DNA of 64,000 nucleotides from Pseudovirgaria hyperparasitica (Eukaryota): NCBI GenBank assembly GCA_010093815.1, contig ML996565.1; one strand, 5' to 3'. Shown piece by piece: positions 52,547 to 64,000 of this stretch (position 1 is its first letter; each line of letters starts with the position of its first letter). The notes under the pieces were generated by a model. It saw only the letters and a program-made list of their open reading frames with translations, ran no database searches and was not told where the DNA came from. The position numbers and the translations under genes were made by a program.

Positions 52547-53470
52547 ATGACGACCTACATCACCAAATACGCTGCCAAGCAGCTCCTAGGCAAGAACATG
52601 GAGAAGTTCAAGCACAAGGATCCCGCCGGCGAAGATGTGAGTCTTCAATCACCGATAGATCCAAACCCGCAATCCAATCCAATGCTAACACCTCCTCCCA
52701 AAAGGACCCCTTTTTCACCTACATCGACCACCCGCGCAAAAAGGGCAAGAAGAAGAAGGTCAAGAAGCAGGTCCCGGACTACATCCCGGAGCACGACGCC
52801 GTGATCCTAGCCAAGATGCGGCAGCGCGCGTACTGGCTCGACTGCTCGCTCTTCACGCTGTTCGGCCAGCGCTTCGGCTGGAGCAGTGTGATTGGCATTA
52901 TCCCCGGGTGAGTCGTCCACCTGGATACATACACGCTCCTCCATCCGAATCCGCATTCTAACCTACAACCTTAGATTCGGCGACGTCGCAGACGCCCTCC
53001 TCGCCCTCGCCCTCTTCTCCCGCCTGCGCACCTGCGAGTGCGGCATCGACCCGACCACCCAACTCCAAATGCTCATCAACATCCTCATCGACTTTGTCAT
53101 CGGCCTCATTCCCATCCTGGGCGACATCCTCGACGCCTCCTTCCGCGCCAACACGCGCAACCTGCGCCTGTTCGAGAGGCATCTCGACAAGGTGTACAAG
53201 CCCAAGACGCTGCGGGAGTCGGAGCGCAGGCAGAGTAAGCTGGGACAGCAGATTCCGCCGCCGGCGACGGAGTATGCGTTTTTTGAGGACGACGAGGAGG
53301 AGGGGTTGCCGCGGTATGAGCAGGATGGTGGTGGGTCTGGGGTTGCGCAGCCGGCGCCGGTGAGGCAGCAGGATGGTGGGCGGGCGGGGAATGGTGTTGG
53401 TGCGGTGTATGCTGCGCCGGCGCAGGACGATCCGCGCCGGAAGAAGTCGGTCAAGAAGGAGCGGCGGTGA
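52547..53470 (+). CDS. DUF4112 domain membrane protein; 3 exons
   Basis: RAYWLDCSLFTLFGQRFGWSSVIGIIPG|FGDVADALLAL..MLINILIDFVIGLIPILGDILDASFRANTRN. Confidence 0.88.
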
Positions 53471-53970
53471 GGACGGAGGGGCGGCAGTGAGGAAGGTGTG
53501 TGCGACGAAAGACTCGGCGGTCCATTTTGGTATGAATGTGTTGAGAGTTGGCTTGAGTACAGGAGGGTGTTCCGATGACTTCTTGTTAATCCCCCGATTG
53601 AATGATATGACGAGACGCCCACGACGAATGTAATGTATGTACACACATAGTAATAAGCACCGTAATTAATATGCACACCGGAATGAACTTGAACTTGCGA
53701 TTCTCCTCTTTTTTACATTTACTTTTTGGGGACAGTTTTCCTTGCCGTATGATCCCAGTATCTATTCATCTATCTTCAGACCAGCCTGCGTACCTGAGCT
53801 GAGGGCTGGACTAAAACATCACCACGCCGCCGTATTCTATGCATACCGTCCGTCCCAAGTCAAGGATATCATGCCCTGCCCTGCCGCACAAACTCCACTC
53901 AAAACCACAAACCACAGACCCCTGAACCCCATACCCACACACGCCCAAACCTAAGCCCAAACCCTACAAC

Positions 53971-55511
53971 TCAAGGCACCGACCTCGAACACCCATAACA
54001 CAACCTCCTCCGCCCCTTATTCTCACTCCTCTCCCCATCCCCCTCATCCTCATCCATCTCCCCACCCCCCTGATCCCCACCCCACCCCACGCCCCCAAAC
54101 CGCCCATCCAAAACCACCATCCGACACAACACACACCTCCTCCCCTCATCCCCATCCCCATCCCCATCCCTCGCCCCACCAGCACCACCAGCACCACCCT
54201 CAACCCTCTCAAACCTCTCCACAGTCCTAACAACATTCGCCACAATCCCCGGATACCCCCTCTCCACATCCTCGAAAAACGCCCTCATCAGCCCCTCGAT
54301 CGTCGTGTTTTTCGTCACTGGCTGCTCTCTTCTCCCCGTTTCCATACCCCCTCCCATCCCTCCCACCCAATCATCATCCCCCCCAAAAACCAACTCCCCC
54401 AACCCCTCCATCCGCCCCTGCACACCCACAATACGCAGATAAACACCCAATTCGCGCCTCAGCAGGTCCCGCGCAGGGAAGTAAGTCGGTATGCCGTGCG
54501 GGCGGGCGGCTTCGGAGGTGAGGTGGGGGAGGGCGTAGGCGCGGCCTTTAGCGGTTTCGCAGAGGGTGCGTTCGGCGAGGGATGTTGTTGTTTGGGGGTG
54601 GAGGATTGCGTGGGCTGTTTGGGCTGTTTGGGCTTGGGCTTGTGGTTTTGGTGGTTTTGGGGGTTTTGGGGATTGAGGGGATTGAGGGGATGGCAAAGGG
54701 GCCGTAGCAAAGGAAGTGATGAAGCGCGCCTTCAGCAGCGCAAGCGCATCCGCACGCGCAGTCCGCGAGGGAAGGGCGCGCAGATACGTCGCCAGCGAGA
54801 GCTTACCATCACCAACACCACCATCACCACCACCATCACCACCACCCCCCCCCTCCCCCAAAAGCACCCCCTTCAAATCCCCCGGAACCCCCTCCTCCCC
54901 CAACCACACAACCCTAACCTCATGCGCCGGAAACATCTCCCGCAGCCGCGCGATCCGCCGTTCCAACCCCTCTCCACCATCACAATCAACATCAAAATCC
55001 ACAACCCCTTCTTCCACATCCTCAGCACCCACCACCTCCCTCACCTCCGCCGGCAAGGCGACATACAAGACTAACAACTCGAAGCCTGCGCGGCCGCCGG
55101 TGCGCGCTTTCTGGGCGCGGTAGTGCCAGTCGAGGATTTCGAGGAGGGCGAGGGCGGAGGGGGTGAAGGTGAGGGGGAGGAGGAGGGTTGGGGGTTTGTG
55201 TTGTTGGTGAGAGGCAGAGTTGCGGACTTTGAAGGGGTCGAGGCGTTTGGTGACTTTTGTGCGGATGTATTTTTTGAAGCAGGTGCTGGGTGTTTGTTTA
55301 GTTTGGGTTTTGGGGGTTGGTTTTGGTTTGGTATGTTGGGTACTGGGTTGGGGGGTTGGGGGGTTCACGTGGTGCTGGTGGTGGTGATTGGGAGGGGGAG
55401 GGGGAAGACTTACTCGCAAAAGTGCGATGCGCGGATGAAGAGCGTGGCGGGGTTTTCTGTGCAGCGACCGCATGGCTTTGTGCTTCCGTTGGGTATGCTG
55501 CTGTCCGTCAT
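53971..55511 (-). CDS. NCS2: Cytoplasmic tRNA 2-thiolation protein 2 (Ncs2/Ctu2); one long intron near 55286-55410
   Basis: N-terminal CGRC..HFCD|TCF..YIRTKVTKRL; LPSRTARAD; SLAERTLCETAKGRAYALP; TIEGLMRAFFEDVERGYPGIVANVVRT; C-terminal CVLC..LCYGCSRS. Confidence 0.9.
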
Positions 55512-56314
55512 GTTTGCGGGTGGACGGACGGACGGTCGGTCGGTCTGGGAGGTAGTTAGGTATATCAAAAAGTATTGCATCCGGCAGGCCGTAGAATAAT
55601 ATAAGGCACATCGGATACCTGAGTCAAGCTTGGAGGTAACTATTCCGTGTCCGGCTTAGCGCTGAAAAGCTTCTTTGGTCCTCACCTCTCACCTCACCTC
55701 ATTATATCACTCATCCACCCAATCAGCCAATTAATTAGGTATACACAGCTTAGTGTACATACAGAGTATATTACAAAAGTACCTACGTAATACAACAAGT
55801 GTCATCGTTTTAAACCCTCTTCTTATCCAGCCAGTCCATTTTTCAGTAATGGGAACAGAGGGAAGAACGGGAACGTGATTTTGCCCCGGATACTGTCTGT
55901 GATTGCTCCGCACATGCTATATATATATATAAATACATACATATACATACCCGCGTGTGTTTGAACAGCCCTACCTACTGCATACTACAACACCTACTAC
56001 AGTACCTCCTACAAGTCAAGCACTAGCACTGCACATAGAATAGACAGTCATTTTTGCATTTCCTCCTACGAAGCAGAACGAACCACACACACACACGCAC
56101 CAGACAATGACAACGCGGAGAGAAATCTACGAGAAAAAAACAAGAAGAAGAAGAAAAAAACGCCATTTCAATGCTTAACTCAACTTACTATCCTCCCCCC
56201 CTCCCCCTCCCCAGCACACACATACACGTACACGTACACACTCACACATATCACATTCCATTCCCCACCACCACCACCACCACCACCACATGTTCAAACC
56301 CCCTCCGCCCCAAG

Positions 56315-58150
56315 TCAATCATCCTTCCCCGTCAGCCTCTTCCTCTCCCCCCTCCCATCTCCCTCCTCGTCCTCGTCCATCTCATCATCACTCCACTTAT
56401 CCTCCTCACCAACCGCGAAAATCGTGTCGCCGTCCAGACTCTCCCGTGGCGGGGGCACAGGCTTCGTCGGCTGGGGCGCAGGCAACGGCGACTCATCGCG
56501 GCGATGGCCGCTGCTGCGCACGGGGTCATATGCGGGCGGACGATTCGCTGCGTGGCCCTCGAGGTCGTCGTCGTCGTCGACGTCGTCGAGCGAATCGCGC
56601 AACGAGGCGATTTCAAAGCCTTCGTCGTCTTGTGCAATCTGCATCGTCATTGTCAGCGCGGGGTTTTCAGGTCAAGGAATGATGATAATGATGTTTACGC
56701 ACCTCGTCGCTCATGGCGAAGCGGCGATTGTTGGCCGTGGGTCGCCAGATGTATGCCACGAAGCAGACGTCTGCAAAGTAGACAATGTTCAGCCAGCCGT
56801 CGAGCACGAACCAGCGAGTCTGCCAGTGGGTGGGCGCAAAGTCCGGCGAAGAGGCGCCGGCAAAGGTGAGGCTGTTGAGGAAGAAGAAGCCAAAGATGAC
56901 AAGAATGCTGCCGAGGATGCACCACCAGAGATTGCGATACATGCCGGCCTTGACTGTCTGCTTGCGCTCGCGGAGATCTTTCATGGTGGCCGTGAGGCTG
57001 TTCAGCGTCCAGACGTAGAACGCAGTCAGGGTGGCGGAGAGCGGGAGGATGACAAGTAGCACGAGTGGGCCAGCGTCGTCCGGCCTGACAGTGAGCGAAG
57101 CAATGGCGTAGATGACGCCAAAGACAAAGTGTGCGAGCGCGAGATAGCGGACATAGACCATGTTCTTGCCGAGCGAGGGCTTGACCACGCCGTAGCCCAT
57201 GCAGACAATCAGAAGCAGGAAAAACGAAAAAGAGTTGCGGCCGGCATTGAGAATCGACACGACTATCATGAGCACCTTGCTGCCAATGTTGCGCCCATGC
57301 CTGTTTTCGTAGTCGTAAAAGCCCCAGGTCATGAGCATCTCGACAACCAGAAACACTATAATCGCCGTGATGTAGTTCTGGACGGGCAGGATGTCTTGGC
57401 GGTGTTGTACGTAGAGGAATGCCCAGAATGCGCCAATGACAGCATACACGATTGTCATGCCACCATAGAACGGCAGCTTGGGAATCTGAGCTGCAGGGAG
57501 CTCGCCAAACGCATTGCGGAACTCGATCACGGCAGTATAGTCTACTCCATCGACCAACGACGTCGTTGCGACGCAGTAGTAGCCAGTCTTGAGTATTGGG
57601 TAGTTGACGGCGTGGGGCTCCTTGAGGGACACGGTATCTGTGCGGACGGCGACTCTCGACTCTTCCACGTCGTCCGTCAGGATGAACTTGCCCTTGTCTT
57701 CCTCTTTGCATAGCCCTTCACTAACATTCCTGTCATCGCAGAGGATATTGTGCTGTGCACCAAGGTCAGCTTTATGCTTCGTAACTAGGCAGTAGTAGAC
57801 CTCCGATGGTGGTCTGTCTCTCTTACTTCCTCATCCGCAGGCTTCCAGATGTAATCGTAGTCCTTGTATTCCCAAATCACAATGCCAACCTGTGGATTCA
57901 AGTCGCCGGTGTCTTTCTGCAGGAACTTTGCAAGGATAAAGGGTTCCTCGGAGCCGCCCCAGGACTTTCTGCTGTACATGCCCGAGCATTTCTGGCCATC
58001 CTTTTGGTTCTGCGATTGAACATTAGCCAAGGGAGGACCACGGAGTCGGATTGTTTTTCAGTGGTAACCCACAAGCTCAACTTCAACACCGGCTACCGCG
58101 GTGATTATTGTGGCCAAGAGTAGCAGTGGTGTTTGGAGAGAGAGCTTCAT
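56315..58150 (-). CDS. PTM1: Ptm1 / lung seven-transmembrane (GOST) family membrane protein; 4 exons
   Basis: Signal peptide exon; CSGMYSRKSWGG; KTGYYCV; FRNAFGELPAAQIPKLPFYG; DILPVQNYIT; LIVCMGYGVVKP; WRPTANNRRFAMSDE. Confidence 0.93.
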
Positions 58151-58537
58151 GATGGCCCCGGCAGGGCGTAGGAAGAGGTGGAAGCTATGCGCGAGCTGCG
58201 CAGGTGTGCACTCTAGGAGGTTTACGGATCAAAGATGGATAGCGTCCCAAACGATCACCCCCACACGCAGGGGGCAGAATGGAGAAAGGAGAGTGGTAGA
58301 GTGGTGGTGGGTGTCTTGGGACAACAGTTTGCGAACGCGGCGTAGCTTACAGTAGACGACGCGGCCAACTTGAACTGCCAGCTAATTAATTACTTAGGAA
58401 CCTAATAATACCAACTCTCAATTGGAAGCCTGCGGGAATTCGAAGCTAAGCTCTGTTACGTCAGCACGCCAAGCCTAATCATTAGTCGTGGCCTTTCGTC
58501 GGAATGTCACATTCATGAGTCAACAGATCAAGAGTTC

Positions 58538-58562
58538 AATAATAATAATAATAATAATAATA
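58538..58562 (+). repeat. (AAT)n microsatellite
   Basis: About 8 AAT units read directly. Confidence 0.9.
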
Positions 58563-58687
58563 AAACGAGAAAGGATGATTGGATCACTGCATGCAAAGCA
58601 TATTATCGAGCATTCCTGAAATTCAGCCATCTCCAATACGCTAACAACAGAACATTGTAATCCTTGAGAAAAATCCCAACTCCCAGT

Positions 58688-60085
58688 CTACGTATAGGCC
58701 TCTGCACTACAGGTGAAGCTCCCTCTGACGGAGCCACTGCTGTAGCCATTCTTGATGTCAACGACACTGGCATACACGCCACATACCAGGATAATCACAC
58801 CGATGATGAAGATGGCAAAGTTCAGCAAGGACAGACCGAGGTTCTTCCTCTCGTACCAAGCGCCCTGCTTGATCAGGATGAACCACATCAAGGCGGGGAA
58901 GTAAAAGGTGAAGCCGGAGATGAACAGCGAGCTGATCAGGCCGAGGAGGGCGTTGAAGAAGGGAATGGCTTCGGCGACGATCCAGGCAATGACGGTGACG
59001 ACGGCACAAAGACCAATCCAGATGGCCCAGCCCTTTACACATTCAATGTCACGAATCTTGGGGTTCTTGATGGTGCGCCTGATAATGTACTGCGAGACGA
59101 CGGTGGTGTTGATACTACCGGAGATGAAGATGACAGGGACGGCAACGCCAAAGGCGACACGCGAGATGACAGGACCGGCGGAAAGCAGGGCCGGAGAGGC
59201 GACATCGCTGCCGACGAAGACGTACACGAGAGCACCGGTGCCGGTGTAGATGAAGATTTCGATGAGACCGAGAGCCCAGATGGACTTTGGGTAGTCTTCC
59301 GGGGTGTGCATCTCGCTCATGAAGCTGAACTGGCAGACGGCAAAGGAGTAGGCGAAGACGATGTTGGTGACGGCCAAAAAGGCAGAGGCGCAGCTGACAT
59401 CGCCTTGGGGGAAGGCGTGCCAGTCGACAGCGCTGAAACCGCCATCGGCATGAGAGGCACGCACGCCGGTCGCAATGATGGTTATCATGATGGCGCAGAT
59501 GATGGAGCCAAAGTCGATGTAACCCAGAATGGCAAACTCGGCAAAGGTAGGCGGCAGGGCGACGACGAAGAGGATGATTGCGGAGATTACGGTCCAGGCC
59601 AGCGCACAGATGGACATGTTCTTGATGATTGAGACAAGCGCGATGGTACCGGTCAGGACATGCGAGCCGACGATCAAGACGAGGAGCAAGACGAACATGA
59701 CGCTGGTAATCTCATAGCCGACCTTGCCGAACATCAGGCCAACAGCATCGGCATAGTGGTCGATGTGACGGTGCTTGAGCTTGACCTGGCCGATGACGTG
59801 GGAGGTGTAGATTGCGATGAAGCCGATACCGATGGAGACGATGATGCCGGGCACCAGACCGATGGTAGCAAAGACACTGGGAATACTCAGGGAGCCGAGG
59901 GCGATGGCCTCGACGATGAGACAGATGGTCAGACGCTTCCAGCCGAGACGTCTGAACTTTGTGTTCACCTGGCCCTCATCGATGGTGGTGACGGGGTTGA
60001 GGGCGAGGCCAGGCTCGGGATAGTCATGTTTCTCATCAGATTTTTTGCTGGAGCGAGAGCTGGACGACACATCGTGAACGTCCAT
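58688..60085 (-). CDS. mtr: Neutral amino acid permease, AAAP family (Neurospora Mtr-like); intronless
   Basis: FRRLGWKRLTICLIVEAIALGSLSIP, FAYSFAVCQFSFMSEMHTPEDY, SPALLSAG, AEAIPFFNALL; about 11 hydrophobic segments. Confidence 0.9.
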   Translation of the reverse strand: MDVHDVSSSSRSSKKSDEKHDYPEPGLALNPVTTIDEGQVNTKFRRLGWKRLTICLIVEAIALGSLSIPSVFATIGLVPGIIVSIGIGFIAIYTSHVIGQVKLKHRHIDHYADAVGLMFGKVGYEITSVMFVLLLVLIVGSHVLTGTIALVSIIKNMSICALAWTVISAIILFVVALPPTFAEFAILGYIDFGSIICAIMITIIATGVRASHADGGFSAVDWHAFPQGDVSCASAFLAVTNIVFAYSFAVCQFSFMSEMHTPEDYPKSIWALGLIEIFIYTGTGALVYVFVGSDVASPALLSAGPVISRVAFGVAVPVIFISGSINTTVVSQYIIRRTIKNPKIRDIECVKGWAIWIGLCAVVTVIAWIVAEAIPFFNALLGLISSLFISGFTFYFPALMWFILIKQGAWYERKNLGLSLLNFAIFIIGVIILVCGVYASVVDIKNGYSSGSVRGSFTCSAEAYT

Positions 60086-61103
60086 GGCGACGAAGGGATT
60101 GAGATGAACAATAGATCCGGATTTGGGAGGGGGGGGAAGATGTGGAGCAAGGAGGGCGAAGTGGTGATTAGATGAGGTTGGAGAGGAGCTCGGATGGAGC
60201 AAAGTGGAGTGGAGCAGACGGAAGGGAAGGAGAGATAGAGAGAGAGAGAGAGAGAGAGGCTAAAGTAGCTAAGAAAAAGCAGCGACAAGTTGCAAGAGTG
60301 AAGCACACGAGGGCAGAGAGCAGAGTATAAATGCGATAGTCAATTGCCCAATTGCCTAGATATATAGTGTGGATCAGCACAACGGCGGCGGAAGGGTGAG
60401 GGCGGGCCAGCATCCCATCCGCGAGGTCGCTATCAGCAGCTACGGCACCAATTGAGGAGTAGAGTAGTGATGCTAATGAAGAATGAGGTTAGCGAATCGT
60501 AGTCGTACCACGGGACAGACGGGCGTCTAGGAAGCTGAAGGAAGCAGCAGCAGCAGTAGTAGTATCGGCATCGGCAACAGCAAGAGCAGCAGCAGCAGCA
60601 ATTGCGGCCGTGGGGATGGGATCGCTTGAGACGGACGGGATGACCCTTTCGAGATTGGGCATGGAAATAGCAGGGCAGCATATTGGAAGAGAGGTACAGT
60701 AGTCGGTGGAGAGGTGGAGTGGTGGTGGAGCGGGTGGGCAGTGAGGTCATCATCAGTAGTAAAAGAGTCGGCATCGTCTCAGAATGTCATTATCAGTGTC
60801 GCTCACCGCGCCCGGACAGCCAGCCGACCAAGTAGCTGCTGGCTGGCTGGGGTGATGCGGTTCTTGCGGTGTCTTGTGTGTGTGTGTGTGTGTGTGGGTG
60901 TGGTGATGTTGTTTTTGATGCGCGTATTATGGACCAGCAGAAAGAAAGAGTTTTCACGTCTCGTTACCGTTGGGCCTTGGGGATTGGGCCCACCCATTAT
61001 CCACCAGCAGCAGCGTTGTTTAGTGGCGATTGCGATTATTATTACATTTGCAGGTTGACACATTTCAGTTTGCGGCCGGACTGCTGAAGCACATCTACCT
61101 GCC

Positions 61104-61143
61104 AGTCAGTCAGTCAGTCAGTCAGTCAGTCAGTCAGTCAGTC
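61104..61143 (+). repeat. (AGTC)n tetranucleotide microsatellite
   Basis: About 10 perfect units read directly. Confidence 0.9.
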
Positions 61144-63589
61144 TTTTGCCCTAATAACAGTACATGAAGATGAAGAAGATGCACACGCGACTCGAGGCGG
61201 CACGGCACATATAAAATGACGACGCCGGCGCATATGTCGACAGGATGTTGCAGAGCTTGAATCAGCCACACGCGCAGATCAGCGCCGGGTGTGACTTGGC
61301 TCCCGTGGAAGATAGCCTTAGCCTTGCTGCCTCAGGTGCCATTATCTCGATCAAGTGACGTTGCTTGGGGGATTCATGCTTGGGAATTGGGGGCAGTCAA
61401 TTATTAGCTGGCTGGCTGGCTGCTTCTGCGCGGTTGTTAGACGAAGAGCAGGACTGGCTGACTGGCTGCCTCCCTAAAAACAGGCAGTCAGTAGCCTACT
61501 TCTACCCTATCCCGAGCAGCCCGACCATCTCCAGCCTGGAGGAGTAACAAACACTACTACTAATACACTGACTACGCTGCAGCCCTAACACTACTATTAT
61601 CTCCCACCCCAGCCAGAGCCCATCTTCCACTCCCCGCCCATTGCGCAACAACATCAACATCAACAACCCCAACCACCTCAAAAATAACACCCGCGCTGAT
61701 TCGCTGCTTGCATCTCTCTCCCCCTCTCTCTTATCAGCAATCCTCTCGTGATGCCTTTCCACAAACAAAAGCTTGGATCTAAAATAGTCGCCTGCTCGCT
61801 CCCCTTTGCCAGTCACTTAGTTCCTTAGGACCCCACCCCACGGCCACCGGCCGGGATGTTTCGGCGATTGAAACGCCTGGCTCGTCTATCGCCAATACAT
61901 GCCTGCCGGTCGTGCCATGTCTGCGGACATTTCAAGGAAGAAAAGAAGAAACGAAGAAAAAAAAGAGCCTCATCCTCGAGCAAGGATCAGGCCTGCCTGT
62001 CTGTCTGTCTGTAGCCCTGGATAGATAATAAGCCCCACACAATGATAATGCCTTCTGCTGAGATGTTCTAGAAGGAAACGTGACCTCTGCCTGTTGACGG
62101 ATGATTCCTTGCTGTTGCAGATGCTGACCTACTTACTTGCCTCAGTCATCAGTATCAGTGGCCCGTCTATTGGATAGGTAGTAGGTACGGTAGCTAAGGT
62201 GGGCAGGCAGACAAGGCAGGCAAGGCAAGGCAAGGTAGGTCCCACGCTCCGGCCTTGCCACGGCAAACTTTCATTCATTCATTCATCACGAGTCATCACG
62301 AGTCATCCATCACTCATCACAGCTCATCATCCCTCATCCCTCATCCTCATCCTCATCCCATCACCCACCCGTCACCCACGCGTCAAATTTCACATACATA
62401 CCCATACACACACTTCCACACACTTCCCACACATACACACATACAACACCTCGTCTTCGTTCTCGCTCTCCTGCTTTGCTCCCACCCAACAAACACAGCG
62501 TTCGTCAGAGAAAATTACCGCATCAAAAACAAAAACATGTCATCTCGGTTTCACAACTCACTCATTCAATTCCTCGGCCTTTTTTCTTTCTGCTGCTTCC
62601 CTTCTTATCCTTCTTCTTATCCTTCCTTTGTGGACAACAACCAAAAAAGCGTGTACTACTACTGCTTACTTACTCACTTGACACGTACATGTGATGCATA
62701 TGTATATATGCTGCTCCCTGTGGCCGTGCGTGCGTGCGTGCGAGGGATTATACGCCTACTACTACTCCTACTACCTCCTGCTTGCTCCTACTGCTCCTAC
62801 TACTCCTGCTGCTACTCCCCAGGCCAGGGCTGTCAATATGACGTCAGTCAGCTAGGCCGACGACGACAGGTGCTGCAGCTAGACACACGGGCGGGGTAAT
62901 TAGTAGTAGACCATCCAGCCTAGGGAACTGTGCGAAAACTAATCGTTTGCATCACCTGCTTCAACATTACTACCCTACGATCTACAATACTCATAGCTAC
63001 CTAACCTACTAATATCGCGATGCCACAATAAACCCCATCCTACGACGCGTGAATCCTGCGACATATATCCATCCATCCATCCGTCCGTCCGTCCATCCCA
63101 CTTTTTGCCATGTCCCTCCACACCCAAACGTCATCATGTCCGCTGTTTCGCTACATAAAAAACACTCTCCCACACGTCCAACAACGGCGGCCAGAATAAA
63201 ATAAAATAAAATAGAAACGCCTACGCCCGGCCCGGCCCACACCGTTAATAAAGCACTGTTTCAACACTAGCTACCTATCAAAAAAAAAAAACCAAATCGT
63301 GTCACTGGGGACTGGGGGGGTATCTCATAGAATAAAAGCAGATTCGCACCGTCGCTAAGAAAGTATTGCCAAAACGGGCGTATTCGTTATTGTTGGTGGT
63401 GGTGGTGGTGTCGTATGGTATCGTGTCGCATTAAGAAAAGAATTTCAAGGAAAAACACTCATGTCTGTCCAGAGTCGGCATAGAGGTGCATATAGCCAAT
63501 AGAAAGGTGATAGATCCGGCTTTGGCATCAATGATCAGTAGAGACCGTAGTTGCTGCGGCTGTTGACATCCGACAGCTACAACTTTCCA

Positions 63590-64000
63590 TCAGTACGGGC
63601 CCATGTCGCCCGCCAACAGGACATCCAGCATGTCATACCCGCCAATTTCCGTCCCGTACGCAGTCTGCGTCACGTCCGCGCCATTGCTGTTCACAAGATT
63701 GTCCAGCGGAAGAGCAAGCCAAGCGCCAGAGTCATACGCATCACTTGCACTGTCGACGCTGAACGGAAACGCGTTTTGTTGCACGTTGTTAAAGTTGCTC
63801 TGCTCGTAGCCGCTGCTGTATGTCGGAGGCGGGACGATGGTAGCCGCGTTATTGCTGGTGGGGTCATACGTTTCGGTGGAAATGCCGTATAGCGGATTTG
63901 TTTGGTTGTTGGGCGTGGCCCAGCCACTGATGTTCTGCATTGACGGACTCTGGCTGCCCATCATGGGAAGACTATGATTGTTGGTATAGCCGGTCCAGCC
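63590..64000 (-). CDS. C-terminus of a gene extending beyond the window; probably a Zn2Cys6 transcription factor (Aro80-like activation tail)
   Basis: Open frame to the window edge ending in acidic/aromatic WLALPLDNLVNSNGADVTQTAYGTEIGGYDMLDVLL, a tail I recall from Pezizomycotina Aro80-like proteins. The DNA-binding domain is not in view. Confidence 0.55.
   Translation of the reverse strand, partial: GWTGYTNNHSLPMMGSQSPSMQNISGWATPNNQTNPLYGISTETYDPTSNNAATIVPPPTYSSGYEQSNFNNVQQNAFPFSVDSASDAYDSGAWLALPLDNLVNSNGADVTQTAYGTEIGGYDMLDVLLAGDMGPY

Noticed and set aside
56695..57711. 338-aa minus ORF overlapping PTM1
   Set aside because: Out-of-frame overlap; the other frame carries all Ptm1 motifs.
58664..59632. 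322-aa acidic ORF on + strand
   Set aside because: Antisense shadow of the hydrophobic, codon-biased amino acid permease.
62199..62899. 160-214 aa ORFs on + strand
   Set aside because: Products of simple repeats (CAT, CA, CTA) with non-ATG starts.

Overview
Intron-rich filamentous ascomycete (Pezizomycotina) genomic DNA with one scaffold gap (46461-46594). The left end holds the 5' part of a reducing polyketide synthase (KS-AT-DH, runs off the window), an AT-rich RIP-like tract, a divergent PLP decarboxylase resembling the fungal non-canonical aromatic amino acid decarboxylases, and a PTH11-like membrane protein. Conserved genes follow: NHP2, a GH5, TIM9, a SAC7-like RhoGAP, STE50, a SUS1-like gene, CDC48, IBA57/CAF17, DCP2, a DUF4112 gene, NCS2, PTM1, an Mtr-type amino acid permease and the 3' end of a probable Zn2Cys6 factor. 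The standout is a head-to-head pair of intact multi-exon genes at 29857-35553, which the ORF track shows only as fragments. One encodes a 578-aa protein resembling Cry6A/XaxA (ClyA-type alpha-pore-forming toxins) fused to two SUEL-like lectin repeats. The other encodes an 817-aa protein resembling the fern PtIP-83/PtIP-50 insecticidal proteins. Together they are a candidate undescribed fungal two-component toxin locus. Two microprotein genes were also found: a spliced 41-aa peptide and a 37-aa Cys-rich peptide. All family assignments are from recalled motifs; no database search was run.
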